The position numbers and the translations under genes were made by a program. A stretch of DNA of 64,000 bases from an uncultured delta proteobacterium (GTDB taxonomy: Bacteria > Myxococcota_A > Polyangia > Polyangiales > Polyangiaceae): the NCBI GenBank assembly GCA_963850305.1, contig CAWKKR010000007.1, positions 320,001 to 384,000 on the forward strand, read 5' to 3'. The notes beneath the pieces are model-generated. The model ran no database searches. It worked only from the letters and a program-made list of their open reading frames with translations, and was not told the DNA's origin. Positions 60,218 to 64,000 of the stretch are shown piece by piece. Position 1 is the first letter of the stretch; each line of letters opens with the position of its first letter.

Positions 60218-60366
60218 CGTGAGGGTGATGTGAACGCCGGTCTTCCCGAGTGCGATGAAGGCAGGGAAAGGCTGCGCGCCCTAACTGCTCTTCGCCGGGC
60301 TCCAGGCGCTCCTCTTCGCGGAGGCGAAGTTGACAACCGGAGTCAGGGTCGGGCTACATCACGGGC

Positions 60367-60834
60367 GTGACCGCCGACCCGGAGCCTCGAGCGTCGCCGC
60401 CTCCGTCAATCGGGGGGAGGCGCGCCATGATCGGCTTACTCTGGTTCGGCGCGGCGGCGACGATCGCCTACTGGGTCATCTGGTTCGGTGTGGCTCGGAG
60501 CTGGCTCGCGACGGTCGACGCACCCTGGTACTACACGTTCGAGAACGCGTTCCCGATCGCCGACGGTTGGATGACCGTGACGGCGGTTCTCGCGGCCCTA
60601 GCGCTCCAGCGGCGGCGCGACACGTCGGTGCTCTGGATGCTGCTCGCCGGTAGCGCCGCCGTGTACCTGGCCGGCATGGACGTCCTGTTCGATCTCGAAA
60701 ACGGCATCTACCGTTCGGCGGACGCCAGCAGCGTCGGTGTCGAGCTGTTCATCAACATCGGTTGCACGATCGGGGGGGCCGCGATCATCCGCTACGCCTG
60801 GGCTCACCGCGTCGCGCTTCTGAGTGGCGGCTGA
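60367..60834 (+). CDS. Hypothetical four-TM membrane protein
   Basis: Four hydrophobic helices; FENAFPIADGW and MDVLFDLENG segments; TTGACA at 60330-60335. Confidence 0.8.
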   Translation: MTADPEPRASPPPSIGGRRAMIGLLWFGAAATIAYWVIWFGVARSWLATVDAPWYYTFENAFPIADGWMTVTAVLAALALQRRRDTSVLWMLLAGSAAVYLAGMDVLFDLENGIYRSADASSVGVELFINIGCTIGGAAIIRYAWAHRVALLSGG

Positions 60835-60867
60835 TTCCCGCTGATCGGGGCGGAGTTCCCGGCCTCG

Positions 60868-60914
60868 GTAGTTCCGCATCGACGACGTCGTCCCCGAAGG
60901 ATCAAAGCCGTGCG
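60868..60914. repeat. Partial second copy of the GTAG-capped element at 50833
   Basis: GTAGTTCCGCATCGACGA----CGTCGTCCCCGAAGGATCAAAG here versus GTAGTTCCGCATCGACGAGCAGCGTCGTCCCCGAGGGATCAAAG at 50833-50876. Confidence 0.88.
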
Positions 60915-61504
60915 TCACGGACCCGCTGCACGAGGGTTCGAAGGACGCGCGATAGACCCGCCTCGACTTCTGTCGCCTCGCCGCAGAGCGTGAGCGCGCC
61001 GGCGACCGACTCGAGCGTGGACACGTATTCGCGCCTGGGCTCCGCGCGTAGCCGCCCGTAAATCGACGGACCCGCGGGCTTCAAGGTCAGTCGATTCAGC
61101 TTGGTGAGCCAGGGGTTGCGCCACCACAAGGTCTTTGCCTTCGACCAGGTTCCGTCGAGTACGACGAGGCCGGCGAGGATGCTCGGCGCGACGACGCCGC
61201 CGTCGCGACCCACCACCTTGCCCGGAGGCGAGTCGCGGTTCGGGAAGAGGACGGCCCATCGTCGTGCATCGACGTGCTCCTCCCCGAGGGCCGCGGCGAG
61301 GTTCGGCCAGCTCAGGCCCACGACGAGTTTCGCCTTCGGCAGACACGCGACGAGGAGCTGCGCCGTGCCGAGGAGTGCGTCGCGCTCCTGTGGATGCTGA
61401 AGAATGAGAATGCGCCGCTCGGTCGGGTACGACACGATCCGATCGCACACGCAGGCGACGCTCGGACGATGGCAGGTGTCGCAGGTGAGGGAAACGGGCG
61501 CCAC
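60902..61504 (-). CDS. DTW-domain tRNA-uridine aminocarboxypropyltransferase (TapT/DTWD2-like)
   Basis: CDTCHRPSVACVC, ILQHPQE, GTA, LDGTWSKA, R.EP and STLES. Confidence 0.92.
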   Translation of the reverse strand: MAPVSLTCDTCHRPSVACVCDRIVSYPTERRILILQHPQERDALLGTAQLLVACLPKAKLVVGLSWPNLAAALGEEHVDARRWAVLFPNRDSPPGKVVGRDGGVVAPSILAGLVVLDGTWSKAKTLWWRNPWLTKLNRLTLKPAGPSIYGRLRAEPRREYVSTLESVAGALTLCGEATEVEAGLSRVLRTLVQRVRDARL

Positions 61505-61519
61505 GCGAAACGCTACCGC

Positions 61520-62785
61520 TCAACGCCGTTGAGCGGATCCAGAAAGTCGCGATCGGCACCGCGTGACGGGCGGAACGAAGACGGTGCGGACCTCGCCGCA
61601 GCGACACGGGAGATAGATGCTGCTCACGAAGGCGCCGAGGTTCCGTCGCGCGCGGAGCTCTTCTCCGGTGGGCAGCGTCACGGCGAACTGACGCTGCCCG
61701 AACATGACCGTGAAACCGTCGGAGAGGTGGAGTCCCGAAAACGAAGCGTGGTCGAACGCTCCGAGCACGGCAAAGAGCCCCTGCTCGCGCAGACTCTTGC
61801 GCGACGGGGCCCGAAGACCGCGCGCCAGGCTCATGAGCGGATCGAGCCGCGGCACATCGCCCCGGGATGGAAGGGTCTCGATCTGGTGCAGCGTTCGGTC
61901 TCCATAGTAGTGAATACCGCGCCGTCCATACAACCGGAAGAAGTAGGGGATGTCGCCCCGCGCGAGTTGCTCGGCTTCGGCTTCGAGGAGCGGCGGCCAG
62001 AGCTCCTCCGAGCGGCTGCGGACGTAGACGTCCGTGCCGCGCAAGCACACCCGGATGGGGGCAGTACGGAGGGCCGGTAGACGGGAGAAGACGTCTGCGA
62101 TGTCGCGAGCATGCCGGTCGAGAAGATCGAGCGTGCCGCGATAGGCCGCGACGATCGCGATCAGGTTGGCAGGATCTACAGGCTTGCCCAGATAGGGCAA
62201 TACGCGGCGAACGCCGCAGGCATGCCGGCAGACGTCGCCGTACTCCGGATCGGCGTCGGGCAAGAGCTTGGTCTCCGTCGGCAGCGACAGGTTCGCGAGG
62301 ATCATCTCGACGTCGAGCGGCCCGAAGACCACGCGATCTCGACCATCGACACCGAGCACCAGGTTTTCCCAGTGCAGATCACCGAGGCCCAGCCAGCTGA
62401 AGAGCGCCAGCGCTCGCCCCACGACGGCCGCGAGCGCTCGCTTGCCTTCGTTCGAGGCGGCGGGCAATGGTGCGAGCGAGACGCGCTCGACCTTGCCAGC
62501 TACGCCGGTTCGTGAGAGCCAAAACTCGAGCTCGGGTAGAAACCCGAACGTGTCGGGCCCGAGGCCGTCGCGCTCGGCGGCCGCGGTGAGAAACGTCCGG
62601 AGCGGGCTCTCCGCCGAAAGAAGCAGCCACTCCCAGAAGACGGTGCGAGGTTTGGTGACCCCATGAGCTTCGACGATGACGCGCCGCCCGAAGTTGTGAG
62701 AGTCGCCGGCCGTGTGCGAGCGAGTCGTCGCGGGCCCACGCCTTTCTCGCCGAGACCGGGTCGGAGGGCTCATGCAGGCCTTCAC
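61520..62785 (-). CDS. Stand-alone LanM-type dehydratase/kinase domain protein (DUF4135-like), no cyclase domain
   Basis: Motifs in LanM order: GDSHNFG, KPR, GDLHWEN, LDVE, RVCLRGT-xx-Y and EAEQL...GDIPYF. Alternative ATG start at 62773. Confidence 0.82.
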   Translation of the reverse strand: MKACMSPPTRSRRERRGPATTRSHTAGDSHNFGRRVIVEAHGVTKPRTVFWEWLLLSAESPLRTFLTAAAERDGLGPDTFGFLPELEFWLSRTGVAGKVERVSLAPLPAASNEGKRALAAVVGRALALFSWLGLGDLHWENLVLGVDGRDRVVFGPLDVEMILANLSLPTETKLLPDADPEYGDVCRHACGVRRVLPYLGKPVDPANLIAIVAAYRGTLDLLDRHARDIADVFSRLPALRTAPIRVCLRGTDVYVRSRSEELWPPLLEAEAEQLARGDIPYFFRLYGRRGIHYYGDRTLHQIETLPSRGDVPRLDPLMSLARGLRAPSRKSLREQGLFAVLGAFDHASFSGLHLSDGFTVMFGQRQFAVTLPTGEELRARRNLGAFVSSIYLPCRCGEVRTVFVPPVTRCRSRLSGSAQRR

Positions 62786-62797
62786 CCACTGCCGCCG

Positions 62798-63862
62798 TCA
62801 GGGCATCGGGTGCTTCTCGAAGAAGTCGATGATGGTGTTCGTCGCATCGATGTCGACGCTCGATTTACCGACGAGCGCAGGACCGCCCGGCCAGGAGTGA
62901 CCACCATCCACGATCGTGCAGAGCTCGACTTCGCTGCCGTCCTTGCACCCGGACCAGGTATGGCATGCGGCGTCGCCCTTCTGCGAGACCAGGGTCGACC
63001 CGGCGAAGAGCGAGGGATTCGGGCCTCCATCGAAGGTCGACTCGTCGGGCATCGGGACCTCGCTCGCTCCGTCGGGCAGCGGCGAGTTCGGGCACGCGTC
63101 GAGATCTTTCCAGAGATCGATCGAGTAGGAGACGGGCGGGAACTCGAGCAAATGAACGATCCCGTCGAGGCCCCCGTTGAAAGGCACGATCGTGTCGCCC
63201 GTGCCGTGGACGGCGAGGATCGGGACGGGACGCGACGGGCTACAGGGCGACACGACGACGGCGCCCGCGACGGGCGCGACGGCCGCGAACACATCGGCCG
63301 CTTCGCAGGCGAGGCGGTAGGAGAGCATGGCGCCGTTCGAAAGCCCGGTGGCGAACACGCGCTTCGGATCGATGCAGTAATCCGACTCGAGCTTCGTCAC
63401 CAGATCGCGCACGAAGCCGACGTCGTTCGCCGTGTTGCCGCAACAGGTCCCCGCGTTCCAGCTGAGGCCGAGGCCGACGTCGAGCCCGGCCGGATAAGCG
63501 ACGATGAACCCGCGCTGGTCGGAGGTGTCCGACATGTGCGTCACCGTCTCCTGAAGAGTGTTCGGCTCCAGCAGGCCGTGGAAGTTCAGGACGAGCATCG
63601 CCGGCTTCGTCGGGTCGTAGCTCGCTGGAACGTGCACGATTGCCCCTCGTAGGCCGCCATCGGGTGTTCCGGGTTCGGGGATGGTCACCGTCGTTTCTCC
63701 GAGTGCTCCGGTCTTGGCGTTGCACGCGGGCCCCGCCGAAGTGAGCGCTTCTGCACCGGCATCCGACGCTCGGATCGCCTTGCTGGTGCCACAAGCCGGG
63801 AGGGTCACGGCAACGATGGCGAGGACAGTGTGAACGCGCCCCGAATGCGTGGATCTGTGCAT
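62798..63862 (-). CDS. PHB-depolymerase/LpqC-family esterase lipoprotein
   Basis: Lipobox LPAC; LNFHG, WNAGTCCG, GLSNGA (nucleophile), HGTGD and GGHSWPG. Confidence 0.92.
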   Translation of the reverse strand: MHRSTHSGRVHTVLAIVAVTLPACGTSKAIRASDAGAEALTSAGPACNAKTGALGETTVTIPEPGTPDGGLRGAIVHVPASYDPTKPAMLVLNFHGLLEPNTLQETVTHMSDTSDQRGFIVAYPAGLDVGLGLSWNAGTCCGNTANDVGFVRDLVTKLESDYCIDPKRVFATGLSNGAMLSYRLACEAADVFAAVAPVAGAVVVSPCSPSRPVPILAVHGTGDTIVPFNGGLDGIVHLLEFPPVSYSIDLWKDLDACPNSPLPDGASEVPMPDESTFDGGPNPSLFAGSTLVSQKGDAACHTWSGCKDGSEVELCTIVDGGHSWPGGPALVGKSSVDIDATNTIIDFFEKHPMP

Positions 63863-63948
63863 GTAATTCCCTGGGACGGGGGACGATATCATGGCAACTC
63901 CTCGACAGCGTTTCACGCTCCGAAGACGATTGCGGTCCGAGCGTCTGC

Positions 63949-64000
63949 CTACGTGTTCGTATCTCGGACAATGGTCCGGAGATCGCGGAGGACATCCGCA
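63949..64000 (+). pseudogene. Possible histidine-kinase HATPase remnant (runs off the window end)
   Basis: Reads LRVRISDNGPEIAEDIR, close to the G1 box SDNGPGI. There is no room upstream for the rest of a kinase. Confidence 0.3.

Overview
A GC-rich bacterial chromosome segment. Gene content and style (mevalonate pathway, split nuo operon, Pro-rich Zn-ribbon protein, many lipoproteins, DUF444/SpoVR) point to Myxococcota, probably Polyangiales; this placement is inference. Most of the window is core metabolism: exbB/D-type genes, a 5'-nucleotidase, a dipeptide epimerase, two acyl-CoA dehydrogenases, ychF, nuoEF-JKLMN, a mevalonate cluster (HMGR, PMK, MVD, MVK, prenyl synthase, divergent fni), glnS, trpF-trpB-trpA, glnE-hemB and DUF444-spoVR. 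I saw no rRNA, tRNA, CRISPR array, prophage or transposase. Main points of interest: (1) a stand-alone minimal LanM-type dehydratase/kinase (61520-62785) with the catalytic motifs intact, no cyclase domain and no obvious precursor, packed between a lipoprotein esterase and a DTW acp-transferase; (2) a ~140-bp GTAG-capped, hairpin-rich element inserted with a 5-bp duplication into a decayed copy of the neighbouring gene, with a partial second copy 10 kb away; (3) a triuret-hydrolase-like gene with an uncharacterised permease; (4) a MarR-controlled BKACE/crotonase/carboxyltransferase operon; (5) complex I subunits with extra fused modules; (6) about 8 single-base insertions in trpB plus 3 elsewhere, most likely consensus errors. 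All family calls come from motif recognition by eye; no database searches were run.
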